Counted from the stretch's first letter, positions 10,011 to 19,890 are shown. The stretch is 64,000 nucleotides of DNA from Bacillota bacterium (GCA_016280895.1 JAEEHM010000060.1:2338-66337); one strand, 5' to 3'. A program made the numbers and translations. The notes: generated by a model from the letters alone, not told the origin.

Positions 10011-11090
10011 ATGGCTTTTAGATTAGGTGATATTATCGTAAAAGATATTATTTACGCTCTTGCTTCTAACATTACTACAGAAGTGCCACTTTATGTTCTT
10101 ACTCAGCTTTCTGAGGCTACAATTAATATTACATCTGATTCTAATGATATTACTGATAAAGACGGCAATATTGTCAAAAAGAACTATCGTTCGAAAACCG
10201 GAGAACTTGCCGCAACGAACGCATTTCTGAATGCAAATGTTCTTGCTGCTGCTGGTGCAACAACTGATATTGCAGCAGTAGATAATGTACTTGTTGCTCC
10301 AAAGATTATTAAGGTTCCTAAGTCTCAGGTTGCTGCTGTTTTAAGAGATGTAGTAAGTGGTTCAATTACTGTAACTCAGTATTTTGGTGATGGTGCAATT
10401 GGAACACATTATGAACTCGGTGTTGAAGCTTCTGATACAGAGTATGCAATTACAACAGGAAGTACAACTATTTATGATTTCCAAGACGTATCTGCAAGTT
10501 ATGTAATTGCTGAGTCTGAGTCTGCATTCCCTGCTGTTGGTGATGCAACAAAGGGATATATTGATGCTTCTGATGGAAATGTTTATGTGTGGGATTCTAC
10601 TCTTGATACTCCTGCTTATGTTCTTGATGCAACAAGAACAGTAAATGTATCAGCAACTCGTCCAACAACAGGCGAAAATGATGCGCTTTATCTAGCAACT
10701 GATGAGAGCAAGGTATATAAATGTGAAGTTACAACTACTCCTGATGGAACTACAACTGTAACTCTTCCAACAGACCCAGAGGCAGATTATTACATGATTA
10801 AATATAAGAGAACATTTACTGAAGGAGCTATTATTAAGAATTCAGCAAACAAGTTCCCAACATCTGTAAATCTTCTTATGAAGGTACTTTATTTTGACCC
10901 ATGTTCAAAGGATACAGTAAAGGCTGCATATGTTGAACTTCCTTCATTTATGGTTTCACCTGAGACTTCTATTTCATTCAATCCTGAGTCTCCTACTATG
11001 GACTTTAATGGAACACTTGAAATTGATTATTGCTCAGACGACAAAGAATTATATAGAATTTACTTTGTTGATGAAGAAGATGCAGCATAA
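10011..11090 (+). CDS. major tail / abundant structural protein (putative)
   Basis: ATG at 10011 follows AAGGAGGAAAAAG. Own transcription unit bracketed by two strong terminators. N-terminal pattern (FRLGD...INITSDSNDITDKDGN...) recalls major tail proteins. Confidence 0.45.
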   Translation: MAFRLGDIIVKDIIYALASNITTEVPLYVLTQLSEATINITSDSNDITDKDGNIVKKNYRSKTGELAATNAFLNANVLAAAGATTDIAAVDNVLVAPKIIKVPKSQVAAVLRDVVSGSITVTQYFGDGAIGTHYELGVEASDTEYAITTGSTTIYDFQDVSASYVIAESESAFPAVGDATKGYIDASDGNVYVWDSTLDTPAYVLDATRTVNVSATRPTTGENDALYLATDESKVYKCEVTTTPDGTTTVTLPTDPEADYYMIKYKRTFTEGAIIKNSANKFPTSVNLLMKVLYFDPCSKDTVKAAYVELPSFMVSPETSISFNPESPTMDFNGTLEIDYCSDDKELYRIYFVDEEDAA

Positions 11091-11101
11091 ATGAATAAAT
11101 T

Positions 11102-11131
11102 ATGAGGGGGCTTAACGCTCCCTCATTTTTG
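11102..11131 (+). terminator. rho-independent terminator
   Basis: ATGAGGGGGC pairs with GCTCCCTCAT across a TTAAC loop, followed by TTTTT. Confidence 0.75.
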
Positions 11132-11145
11132 ATTGGAGGGAAATC

Positions 11146-11508
11146 ATGGGGTTGACAAACCGAGTATGTAAAACATGCGGAAAAGAATATTATTATTGTT
11201 CGAACTGTGATAAAACTTTGAATTCGCCTCAATGGATGTTAATGTGGCATGACGAAAATTGTAAGAATGTCTTTGAAATTGTAAGTGATTATGTTCAAAA
11301 ACATATTTCAAAAGATGAAGCAAAAAAAAGATTAAGTGCTTGTGATTTAACAAAGGAATATACATTCAAGGAGTCAATTCGTAAGTATATAGATGAAATA
11401 AATAAAGAAGATAAAAAACCTTTGGAAGAAAAAAGAAATGCACAACCAAAATCTCAAATCCAAAGAAATACTTCGAAAAGAAATCGAGATACTAAAAAGA
11501 AGAATTAA
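11146..11508 (+). CDS. zinc-ribbon protein with basic tail
   Basis: CKTCG...CSNC (CxxC x2) at the N-terminus and a K/R-rich C-terminus. GGAGGGAAATC SD. Confidence 0.5.
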   Translation: MGLTNRVCKTCGKEYYYCSNCDKTLNSPQWMLMWHDENCKNVFEIVSDYVQKHISKDEAKKRLSACDLTKEYTFKESIRKYIDEINKEDKKPLEEKRNAQPKSQIQRNTSKRNRDTKKKN

Positions 11509-11523
11509 TTATATGAGTGGCAG

Positions 11524-11562
11524 ATAACCGTACACCCATAAAAATATGTACGGTTATTTTTT
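11524..11562 (+). terminator. rho-independent terminator
   Basis: ATAACCGTAC (11524-11533) pairs with GTACGGTTAT (11548-11557), followed by TTTTT. Confidence 0.7.
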
Positions 11563-11586
11563 ACGTTAAGGATTGAAAGGATAAAA

Positions 11587-11766
11587 ATGAAAAAACATAA
11601 TGATTATATTACATCAAATTATGATGAGGTATTAGAATTAAAAAGATGTGGTATTCGTTATACATTTGTAAAAGTTGTTGATGGAATTACTATTTGGAAA
11701 TTTGATAAATCTCCTAGATTATTTGAGATATTGAAAAATTATTACATAAATAACGAGTATGTATAG
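11587..11766 (+). CDS. small hypothetical protein (59 aa, below ORF-track cutoff)
   Basis: MKKHNDYITSNYDEVLELKRCGIRYTFVKVVDGITIWKF..., with GAAAGGA SD. The pattern resembles small phage DUF5659-type proteins (from memory, unverified). Confidence 0.4.
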   Translation: MKKHNDYITSNYDEVLELKRCGIRYTFVKVVDGITIWKFDKSPRLFEILKNYYINNEYV

Positions 11767-11776
11767 GAGGTTTTAT

Positions 11777-12871
11777 ATGTATTTAGATAACGCATCTACT
11801 ACTCCACTTTCAGACTATGTGAAAGAAGAAATAATAAAACAACTAGATAATTATGGGAATCCTTCTTCTGTTCATAGAAAAGGCAAAAAAACAAAAGAAA
11901 TAATAAAAAAGGCAAAAAATGAAGTTGCAAATTTTATATCAGGTAATGCAGACAATATAATTTTTACTAGTTCAGGTTCGGCATCTAATAACTTAGTTAT
12001 TAGAGGATTATCTGATAAGTATATGTATTTATATACTCCAACAAGTCATAAATCTATGCGACTTGTTTGTGAATCAAAACCATTTCATCAATCAGTTTTA
12101 ATGAATAAAGATGGAAGTATAAATATAGATAATTTGAAGAAATTATTTGGAAAGAAAAAAATAGTTTTTTGTTATGAAATGGTTAATTCAGAAATTGGAG
12201 TAATTCAAAATAATGAAAAGATAATAGAATTAATACATGATATAGATGGAATTGTAGTTGCTGATGCGACTGCTTTGGTTCCACATTATCAATTAAAAGC
12301 AAATGAGTGTAAGGCTGATTATATAACTTTTTCAGGGCATAAATTAGGGGCTTTAAAAGGTATTGGTGTTGTTTACAATAATTCCATGGAAGAGTTGACA
12401 CCATTAATTTATGGTGCTCAAGAACATGGTTTGTTCGGTGGAACAGAAAATTTTATTGGGATTGTTTCTTTGTCCAAAGCTTGTAAAAATTATAATTATA
12501 ATGATAAAAATAATATGTATGTTTTACATCATTATTTGTCTGATTCAATATTAAAAATTCCTGATTCATATGAAATTGTTGGTAATTCAGAATTTAAAAT
12601 TCCATTTATATCAATGTTTTGTTTTAAAAATGTACAAGGCGAAGAACTTGCTGAATTATTAGATGAATATAATTATCAAGTTTCTACCGGTTCTGCCTGC
12701 AATTCAGGTTCAAAAGACTTGTCTCCTACTCTTATTTCAATAGGTATTAATCAAGATGATATTTCTTGTTGTATAAGAATTAGTTTATCAGGATATGAAA
12801 GTATTGAAGATATAGATGAGTTTGTTGATTGTTTAAAAAGTAAGGTGGAAAAACTTAGATTATTTGAATAG
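11777..12871 (+). CDS. class V aminotransferase / cysteine desulfurase (NifS/IscS-like)
   Basis: ATG at 11777 follows AGGAGG. MYLDNASTTPL start, a FSGHKLGALKGIGV PLP-lysine motif and a STGSACNSGS active-site Cys loop. Confidence 0.8.
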   Translation: MYLDNASTTPLSDYVKEEIIKQLDNYGNPSSVHRKGKKTKEIIKKAKNEVANFISGNADNIIFTSSGSASNNLVIRGLSDKYMYLYTPTSHKSMRLVCESKPFHQSVLMNKDGSINIDNLKKLFGKKKIVFCYEMVNSEIGVIQNNEKIIELIHDIDGIVVADATALVPHYQLKANECKADYITFSGHKLGALKGIGVVYNNSMEELTPLIYGAQEHGLFGGTENFIGIVSLSKACKNYNYNDKNNMYVLHHYLSDSILKIPDSYEIVGNSEFKIPFISMFCFKNVQGEELAELLDEYNYQVSTGSACNSGSKDLSPTLISIGINQDDISCCIRISLSGYESIEDIDEFVDCLKSKVEKLRLFE

Positions 12872-12882
12872 GAGGTATAAAA

Positions 12883-13191
12883 ATGACTTTATCTTTATTC
12901 TTATTTATGCTTACCTTTGGTGCTGCTATTACAGGACTTTTAACTGAATCTATAAAAAAGTTCAATGAAAATCAAAATCGTGAAACAAATCCTAACATTA
13001 CTGCATTAATTTGTGCATTTGTAATAGGGGGAATTGGTAGTCTTATTGAATATAGTTTATTGGATATATCTTTGACATTTAATAATATTTTATGTGTTGT
13101 TTTAATGATTTTTTGTATTTGGATAGGTTCTATGATTGGTTTTGATAAAATTAAACAAACAATTGAACAATTAAAAGGTATGAAGGAGTAG
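12883..13191 (+). CDS. holin (putative)
   Basis: 102 aa with two or three hydrophobic helices and a charged C-terminus. Lies upstream of the amidase endolysin block. Confidence 0.5.
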   Translation: MTLSLFLFMLTFGAAITGLLTESIKKFNENQNRETNPNITALICAFVIGGIGSLIEYSLLDISLTFNNILCVVLMIFCIWIGSMIGFDKIKQTIEQLKGMKE

Positions 13192-13194
13192 CCT

Positions 13195-14454
13195 ATGTCG
13201 ATAACATTACTTGATTATCTTTTATCACTAAAAAATCAAGATACAAAACTTGTGATAAAAGATACGGAACAAAATTATATATGTACTACATTTATTGATT
13301 CCGCATTATATCTTGATTCAGATTTATTAAAACGAACAGTTAATAGATGGTATATTTATGGGGGCAGAATTATATATATTTATCTAGACGAAGAACATAT
13401 TGAGCCTGTCATTCCTGTTACTGGTATTGAATTAAATGAAACTTCAATAGCTATAGATATTAATGACACAGTTGTTCTCTTAGCTCAAGTTATTCCAGAA
13501 GATGCAACAGATAAATCTCTTACATGGCTTTCAACTGATGAAGAAATTGTAACTGTAGAAAATGGTTTAGTTACTGGAATAAAAGATGGTACTGCATCTG
13601 TAATTGTAAGTACAGTAGATGGTGGTTATACTGCTACTTGCGAAATTGTGGTTATTGATGGAACAATAATTCCGGTAGAAGATATATTATTGAATGATTC
13701 TATATTAGAAATGAATGTAGGAAGTGAGGATATATTATTAGAGGCTACTGTTCTTCCTGAAAATGCAACTAATAAATCTGTTTTTTGGATTTCATCAAAT
13801 GAAGAAGTTGTAACTGTAGAAAATGGTGTCGTTCATGCAATTTCAGAAGGAGAAGCTATTATAACAGTAGTTTCTGCTGAGAATTTTGATATTTATAAAG
13901 AATGTGGTGTTATTGTGAGAGAAAATCCTCAAATTGTGCATGTAACAGGAATTGAATTAACTCCAAATACCTTAGAGCTTACTGTTGGAGTTGAGCCACA
14001 AACTATAAATGCTATTATATCACCTGAAAATGCTACAAATAAAAGTATATCTTGGAGTTCGTCAAATGAAAATGTAGCTTATGTTTCAGATGAGGGTGTT
14101 GTAATTATTGTAGCAGAAGGTACTGCTACTATTACTGCTATAACTGTTGATGGTGGTTATACTTCTACTTGTGAGATTATTGTAAATTCTGTAGAACCTA
14201 TAATAAATGTAACAGGAGTTTCTTTATCAGAAAATTCTTTGACATTATCAACGAGTAGTGAACCCGTTGAACTTGTTGCAAATATCGAACCAAGTGATGC
14301 AACAAACAAAGAAGTTACATGGTCTTCTACTGATGAACAAGTGGCTACAGTATTAGATGGTGTAATTACAGTAGTTGGAGTTGGTGAAGCAACAATTAGT
14401 GTAACTACAGTTGATGGAAATTATTCTGATTCATGCGTTGTAATAGTTGAATAG
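13195..14454 (+). CDS. Big_2 (bacterial Ig-like) repeat protein
   Basis: Four repeats of the V(T)GI.L....L.......L.A.V.PE(N/D)ATNKS..W.SS.E.V.TV..G pattern typical of Big_2 domains. Confidence 0.8.
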   Translation: MSITLLDYLLSLKNQDTKLVIKDTEQNYICTTFIDSALYLDSDLLKRTVNRWYIYGGRIIYIYLDEEHIEPVIPVTGIELNETSIAIDINDTVVLLAQVIPEDATDKSLTWLSTDEEIVTVENGLVTGIKDGTASVIVSTVDGGYTATCEIVVIDGTIIPVEDILLNDSILEMNVGSEDILLEATVLPENATNKSVFWISSNEEVVTVENGVVHAISEGEAIITVVSAENFDIYKECGVIVRENPQIVHVTGIELTPNTLELTVGVEPQTINAIISPENATNKSISWSSSNENVAYVSDEGVVIIVAEGTATITAITVDGGYTSTCEIIVNSVEPIINVTGVSLSENSLTLSTSSEPVELVANIEPSDATNKEVTWSSTDEQVATVLDGVITVVGVGEATISVTTVDGNYSDSCVVIVE

Positions 14455-14471
14455 TAATAGATGTGATTTAT

Positions 14472-14500
14472 AGAGGTTGTCATAACGACAACCTCTTTTT
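14472..14500 (+). terminator. rho-independent terminator
   Basis: AGAGGTTGTC (14472-14481) pairs with GACAACCTCT (14487-14496), followed by TTTTT. Confidence 0.8.
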
Positions 14501-14512
14501 GAGGTGTAAATT

Positions 14513-15331
14513 ATGGTTCAAATAAAACAACAAATTGCAAATAAAAATAATTTTGGTTCAGTACGAACTTTAGACAAAATTAAATATATAGTAATTCATT
14601 ATACAGGAAATGATGGTGATTCAGACGAAAGTAATGCTAAATATTTTAAAAATAATATTGTAAAGGCATCAGCTCATTATTTTGTCGATGATGATAGCAT
14701 TACTCAATCTGTTCCTGACAATTACGTTGCCTATTCGGTAGGTGGTAAGAAATATAATAACAAAGGAGGTAGATTGTATGGTACTGTTAATAATTCTAAC
14801 AGTATTAGCATTGAGCTTTGTGATACGGTCAAAAACGGTATTGTCTACCCTTCTCAATCAACCATTAATAATGCTTTAGAATTAGTTCAGTTATTAATGC
14901 AAAAATATAATATTCCAGCCCATAGAGTAATACGTCATTATGATGTTAATGGTAAACCTTGTCCTAAATATTGGGTTGATGATAACAAATGGGAATCTGA
15001 TTTTCATTCAAAAATAGGAAATATTCGACCAAATGGAGGACAAGATAAGAACCCATATAAGGAACCAACAAAACAAGTTACTTCAAAATCAAATGCTCAA
15101 ATAAACGGGCTTTCAGTATATGAAAATGAAGGTGAAGGTGTTAAATGGGTTCAGTGGGAATTGGCACAAGTTTCGTCTGATTTTAAGGAAATATTATATG
15201 AAAATGGTGGAATTGATGGAAAATGTGGAAATACTACCGTAACACTTATTAAAAGATTTCAAAAGAAATATGGTTTAGAAGTTGATGGTATTTGTGGGAA
15301 AAATACAAGAGCCGCACTAAGCGCTAATTGA
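14513..15331 (+). CDS. endolysin: N-acetylmuramoyl-L-alanine amidase (Amidase_2) with PG_binding_1 domain
   Basis: IVIHYTGN...AHYFVDD...SISIELCD...RHYDVNGKPCP matches the amidase_2/PGRP pattern. The C-terminal DGKCGNTT...LEVDGICGKNT matches a peptidoglycan-binding repeat. Confidence 0.9.
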   Translation: MVQIKQQIANKNNFGSVRTLDKIKYIVIHYTGNDGDSDESNAKYFKNNIVKASAHYFVDDDSITQSVPDNYVAYSVGGKKYNNKGGRLYGTVNNSNSISIELCDTVKNGIVYPSQSTINNALELVQLLMQKYNIPAHRVIRHYDVNGKPCPKYWVDDNKWESDFHSKIGNIRPNGGQDKNPYKEPTKQVTSKSNAQINGLSVYENEGEGVKWVQWELAQVSSDFKEILYENGGIDGKCGNTTVTLIKRFQKKYGLEVDGICGKNTRAALSAN

Positions 15332-15346
15332 AAGTGAGGTGATTAA

Positions 15347-15619
15347 ATGGCTACTGTTGAAGAATTACAAGTTACAGGTCGTAAATTTAGAATTTGGGAT
15401 GCTGTAAACAATATATGGAAACGTATTAGTTATTGGACTAAATCAACAGATGTTGAATTTAATGATGGTGTTAATGCAGAAGACAAAATTAGTCAAATCA
15501 ATACAAATATTGCAACTGCTAATACAAATATAACAAATTTAGATAATAATAAAATTAATAAATCTGCATTAACATTTACTCTTTCAGGTAATGATTTATA
15601 TATAACAAAAAATTATTAA
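15347..15619 (+). CDS. small tail-fibre-associated protein
   Basis: 90 aa with an Asn/Thr-rich coiled segment (NTNIATANTNITNLDNNK). First gene of the fibre block. Confidence 0.4.
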   Translation: MATVEELQVTGRKFRIWDAVNNIWKRISYWTKSTDVEFNDGVNAEDKISQINTNIATANTNITNLDNNKINKSALTFTLSGNDLYITKNY

Positions 15620-15630
15620 GGTGGTGAATT

Positions 15631-16539
15631 ATGAAAATTGTTTCTAACCTTAATGGTAATACTAAAACAACAAGTTATGGTAATAAGTTATATTACAGAG
15701 GTTCAACTAATGAACAGTTTAAACAAATAAAAAGGGCTTTTTATAGAGAATCCGAAAATAGTAATTATACCCAAGTATATCTTTTTGATGAAACTCCACC
15801 TGTAGTTACAATTACAAGTAGTAGTGCAACAACAATTAATCCATCTTATGCTCTAACTGCTACAATTGTTGATACACAATCAGGTGTTGCATCCGTTAAG
15901 GTTAACGGAGTTGAAGTTGGCGCAACAACAAGTTTATACCTTGTATATACATTACAAGAAGGTTTAAATACTTTTACTATTGTTGCAACAGATAATGCGG
16001 GAAATAGTTCATCTGCAAGTATATCAATTGCTTATGTTGTTTCTGATAGAAATAATGTAAATCGAAATTGGTCTGATTCAAGAGATAAAGAATATTATAG
16101 TTATGGGCCTTATGTATGGTATGCTGGTCGAGAAGTATATGTAAATGGAAGTTGGGTTACATTTTATGAAGAAGGTTTAGCTGGAAACTGGACTGGAGTT
16201 TTGCCACCACCTTATAGTTATGTTCAAGCCACTGCATCTATAGGTATAGGTATTTTATTACCTAGAGGATTATCTTCATGTACTTTTGAAGCAAGTTCAG
16301 ATTCAGATGGTATAACTATCGGTCAAGTTCGTGTTTGGATTACAGATGATTCAACGGGACAAACTGTTGCTGATTCAGGTACTCAAATACGTGGAGCTTC
16401 TGTGAGTTATAACTTCCCATCTTCTAATGCTAGTCATACTTTTTCAGTTCATGTTTCAGGAAATGCAGGAAAATATGAATATGAAACTGCAAGATGTGGA
16501 GTTGGAATATCAAATTGGTCGTTTAGTTGGGTTCAATAA
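15631..16539 (+). CDS. tail fibre/adhesin-like protein with Ig-like domain
   Basis: The PPVVTITSS...TATIVDTQSGVASVKVNGV...FTIVATDNAGNSS segment looks like a cadherin/Ig-like repeat. Confidence 0.5.
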   Translation: MKIVSNLNGNTKTTSYGNKLYYRGSTNEQFKQIKRAFYRESENSNYTQVYLFDETPPVVTITSSSATTINPSYALTATIVDTQSGVASVKVNGVEVGATTSLYLVYTLQEGLNTFTIVATDNAGNSSSASISIAYVVSDRNNVNRNWSDSRDKEYYSYGPYVWYAGREVYVNGSWVTFYEEGLAGNWTGVLPPPYSYVQATASIGIGILLPRGLSSCTFEASSDSDGITIGQVRVWITDDSTGQTVADSGTQIRGASVSYNFPSSNASHTFSVHVSGNAGKYEYETARCGVGISNWSFSWVQ

Positions 16540-16558
16540 AGTAAGAAAGGAATAAAAA

Positions 16559-17407
16559 ATGCCAAATTCATTATTGCCAGTAAATTATCAAAATGAAATA
16601 CTGAATGCACGAATGGGCAATCGTCGGCAGTATGAAATAATAGAAAATAATAATGGTACTATTTCATTTATTGATGTAACTGAATATGACCGAGAGGGTT
16701 CAATATTTGATGCAGATGATATAAATGATATTTGTACTGCTATTAATTTAAATATAACAAATATTGCAGCTTTAGAGCAAGCTATTCCACTTGACCCTGT
16801 AACAGGGGTAAAGGGTTCTGCTGAAAGCGAATATAGAACAGGTAATATAAATATTACAGCAACAAATGTGGGTGCATATACTAAAGCCGAAATTGATAGT
16901 TTAATTGCCGGTATTGGTGGAATGCATTTTGAGGTTGTAGATTCTCTTCCAACACAAGATATATCTACTACGGCAATATATTTAGTTCCAAGTTCAAGTT
17001 CTAGATATAAAAATAGAAAAGATGAATATGTATATATACCTGCAAATGCTTTTAATCCTTTGGGAAATGAAGCACAATTAGTTTCTGATTATTCAAGCTT
17101 GCCTGCTACCGGTCAAGCAGATGTTTACTATATAACATCTGATGATAAAAAAGTTTATATATATGAAAGTGGTTCATATACAGAAGCAACTAATTCTCCG
17201 GCTCATTTTGTATCTACTCTTCCATCTCAGGGTGTTGAATTAGATATATATGTTCTTACAACAAATAATTCAGTTTATCAATATAAACAAGAAGCTGGTT
17301 GGGAGCAAATTGGTTCAACATCTGTAGATTTGTCAAATTATTACACAAAAACAGAAATTGATACCGGTGCATTAATATCTACTTCGGAATTTGGAAATTT
17401 GACATAA
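16559..17407 (+). CDS. tail fibre protein (paralog family A)
   Basis: Carries the module FEVVDSLPTQDISTTAIYLVP...DEYVYI...WEQIGSTSVDLSNYYTK, also present in ORFs 17974-18756 and 21162-21977. Confidence 0.6.
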   Translation: MPNSLLPVNYQNEILNARMGNRRQYEIIENNNGTISFIDVTEYDREGSIFDADDINDICTAINLNITNIAALEQAIPLDPVTGVKGSAESEYRTGNINITATNVGAYTKAEIDSLIAGIGGMHFEVVDSLPTQDISTTAIYLVPSSSSRYKNRKDEYVYIPANAFNPLGNEAQLVSDYSSLPATGQADVYYITSDDKKVYIYESGSYTEATNSPAHFVSTLPSQGVELDIYVLTTNNSVYQYKQEAGWEQIGSTSVDLSNYYTKTEIDTGALISTSEFGNLT

Positions 17408-17419
17408 GGGGGTGATGAT

Positions 17420-17722
17420 ATGACAAGAGGAACAACCCCTACTCTCACATTTTATTTTGGTGATGATGTAGATATGAGTTTAATTGATTATGGAGAAGTA
17501 ACAATTAATCAAGGCGAAAAAAATAGAATAATTAAAAAATTAGTAAAAGACGTTGAAAGGAAAGAGTTCAACGTCTTTTTAAATGAAAAAGAAACTTTAT
17601 CATTGAAGGCTGGCTTATGTAAAGTGCAAGTAAAAATTAAACTAAATGATGGGGCTATTGTTGCTTCAAGTATTGAAACATTAACTGTTAATGAAATATT
17701 AAATGGAGGTGTAATGCTATGA
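17420..17722 (+). CDS. small tail-associated protein (Ig-like fold?)
   Basis: 100 aa with an MTRGTTPTLTFYF start, reminiscent of BppU-type N-termini. Overlaps the next gene (ATGA). Confidence 0.35.
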   Translation: MTRGTTPTLTFYFGDDVDMSLIDYGEVTINQGEKNRIIKKLVKDVERKEFNVFLNEKETLSLKAGLCKVQVKIKLNDGAIVASSIETLTVNEILNGGVML

Positions 17723-17961
17723 ATTTACAAGACAATAATATCTCTTTAAAATTAGATATTTCATTACCTAAGAAAAATAAAAGTACGTTAAATGAACAAG
17801 TTGTTACATATGATGGAAATGTAGATTATGAAAAAAATGTAATAAATAAGCCAAGATTAAATGGTAAAGAAATAGTGGGTGATATGACCGAAGAAGACCC
17901 AAATGTACAACCTATTGAATTAAATGAGTTAAGCAATATATTCGATACTGTATTTAATTGA
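17719..17961 (+). CDS. hypothetical protein
   Basis: 80-aa ORF translationally coupled to the previous gene. Confidence 0.35.
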   Translation: MNLQDNNISLKLDISLPKKNKSTLNEQVVTYDGNVDYEKNVINKPRLNGKEIVGDMTEEDPNVQPIELNELSNIFDTVFN

Positions 17962-17973
17962 AAGGAGTGAAGA

Positions 17974-18756
17974 ATGAGCGTCAAAAATTATTTAGATAAA
18001 ACTGGTACTTTATATGAGTTAGTTAAATTAAAAAATCTTCTAACATCAACATATGTTGCAAAAGATGGCGACAAAGTTTTATCAACTAATGATTATACAA
18101 CTGCTGAAAAAACAAAATTATCAAATATTGAAGCAGAAGCAAATAAAACAATTGTCGATGGTACTATTACAGAACACGGTCAAAATCCTGTAACGGGTGA
18201 AGCTATATATGATGCTCTTGAAGGAAAACAGGATGTTTTAACTGCGGGTACAAATATTGATATTACAAATAATACTATATCTGTTACAGGTGCAGTAGAT
18301 ATTGATGATAGTACGACAGGATTAGATACTACTTGGTCTTCAAGTAAGATTAATACTGAGCTTGGTTCTAAACAAGATACATTAACGGCAGGAACAAGAG
18401 TGACTATTACAAATCAAAATGTTGTAAATGTTTCATCTGAAATTGATGATAGTTCTACTACTGCTGCTAATACTTGGTCTGCCGACAAGATATCATCTGC
18501 AATTTCAGCAATTGAAAGTGTAAATTTTGAAAAAGTTCAAACACTTCCTAGTTCTGATATCTCAACCCATACTATTTATTTAATTTTAAAATCATCATCT
18601 GAAACAGGCAATATTTATGATGAATATATTTATGTAAACAATAATTGGGAAATAATTGGTACTACAGCAATAGATTTATCAGGATATGTTTTGGAGTCTG
18701 ATTTAGTAGCAATAACAAATGCTGAGATAGATGCTATGTTTGAAATATTTGAGTAG
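17974..18756 (+). CDS. tail fibre protein (paralog family A)
   Basis: Repeated QD.LTAGT.I.ITNN units plus the FEKVQTLPSSDISTHTIYLI...YDEYIYVNNNWEIIGTTAIDLSGY module. Confidence 0.6.
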   Translation: MSVKNYLDKTGTLYELVKLKNLLTSTYVAKDGDKVLSTNDYTTAEKTKLSNIEAEANKTIVDGTITEHGQNPVTGEAIYDALEGKQDVLTAGTNIDITNNTISVTGAVDIDDSTTGLDTTWSSSKINTELGSKQDTLTAGTRVTITNQNVVNVSSEIDDSSTTAANTWSADKISSAISAIESVNFEKVQTLPSSDISTHTIYLILKSSSETGNIYDEYIYVNNNWEIIGTTAIDLSGYVLESDLVAITNAEIDAMFEIFE

Positions 18757-18771
18757 ATTGGAGGTTAAAAT

Positions 18772-19890
18772 ATGGCTTTTAATCTTCTTTTAAAACCGCA
18801 ATTAGAGCGTGTTATAAATACTTTAGAGCCTCAAATACATACTTATGCAGTTTCATCAACCTCAAGAAATGTTGTTGATAAAGTAGCTGTTTTAAATGGT
18901 TTTATTTTAGGGTCAGGGGCTAAAGTATTGGTAAAATTTACTGATACTACTACCACTGACCCTTCAAGTGGAAATATTACATTAAATGTAAATTCTACAG
19001 GTGCAAAAACAGTAAAAATAAGTGAAACAGATGAGATATGTACATACGAAAACGCAAGTGCTTTTTGTGACAACAAGGTTTATGAATTTGTTTATGATGG
19101 CACAAATTGGATTTGGATAGCAAATACCGTTTTAGATGCTGATGTTTTAATTACAACAAATGAATTTGAAAGTTTAATTCCTTCAAGCGGCTCTGAAATT
19201 ACAAGTTTGGCAAGTTGGTTTAGTACTGAAAATTCAATGCAAAACTCTCAGATTTCTAGTTTATCTTCTAGTGCGTCTGAATTGGCAAGTACTGTATCTT
19301 CTTTATCAACATCACAAAGTGAAATTGATAGTAATCAAAATAGCTTATTATCTTCTCTTTCAACTGCAAATAGTGAGTTTACAAGTGAATTAAATATACT
19401 TGGTTCAGAAGTAGCTGATAAACAAGATGAACTTACTGCTGGTAAAGGTATAACTATAGCAAATGATGTTATTAATGCTGATACAAATATATTTTATGGT
19501 ACTTTAAGTGAATGGGATGAACTAACTTCTGTTCAAAAAGCAAACTATGATTATATTTCTACTCCGGAAGAAGATGTTGTTGATAATGATAGTGGTTGGC
19601 TTCAAGTAGGAACATCGGGTTTATATTATCGTAAAGTTTATAAAACACTTTTTATTAGATTTTCAAATATAAATATTACACGAGATGGAAATGTTGCTAT
19701 TGTTGAAACGCTTCCGCAAGAATATAGACCATCATATGATTTTCTAGGAACTGCTTTTTATTCTAGTTATGGAGCAACAAAAGCAACTTTAGTAGTAAAT
19801 ACAAATGGAACTGTATATTTAAGTGGTTTAGCATATGAAACAGCTACTACATTAAGTAATGTGTATGGTTATGCAGTTGGTGTTATATAA
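18772..19890 (+). CDS. tail fibre protein (Ser/Thr-rich coiled segment)
   Basis: The segment STENSMQNSQISSLSSSASELASTVSSLSTSQSEIDSNQNS...KQDELTAGKGITI is closely paralogous to part of 21162-21977. Confidence 0.6.
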   Translation: MAFNLLLKPQLERVINTLEPQIHTYAVSSTSRNVVDKVAVLNGFILGSGAKVLVKFTDTTTTDPSSGNITLNVNSTGAKTVKISETDEICTYENASAFCDNKVYEFVYDGTNWIWIANTVLDADVLITTNEFESLIPSSGSEITSLASWFSTENSMQNSQISSLSSSASELASTVSSLSTSQSEIDSNQNSLLSSLSTANSEFTSELNILGSEVADKQDELTAGKGITIANDVINADTNIFYGTLSEWDELTSVQKANYDYISTPEEDVVDNDSGWLQVGTSGLYYRKVYKTLFIRFSNINITRDGNVAIVETLPQEYRPSYDFLGTAFYSSYGATKATLVVNTNGTVYLSGLAYETATTLSNVYGYAVGVI

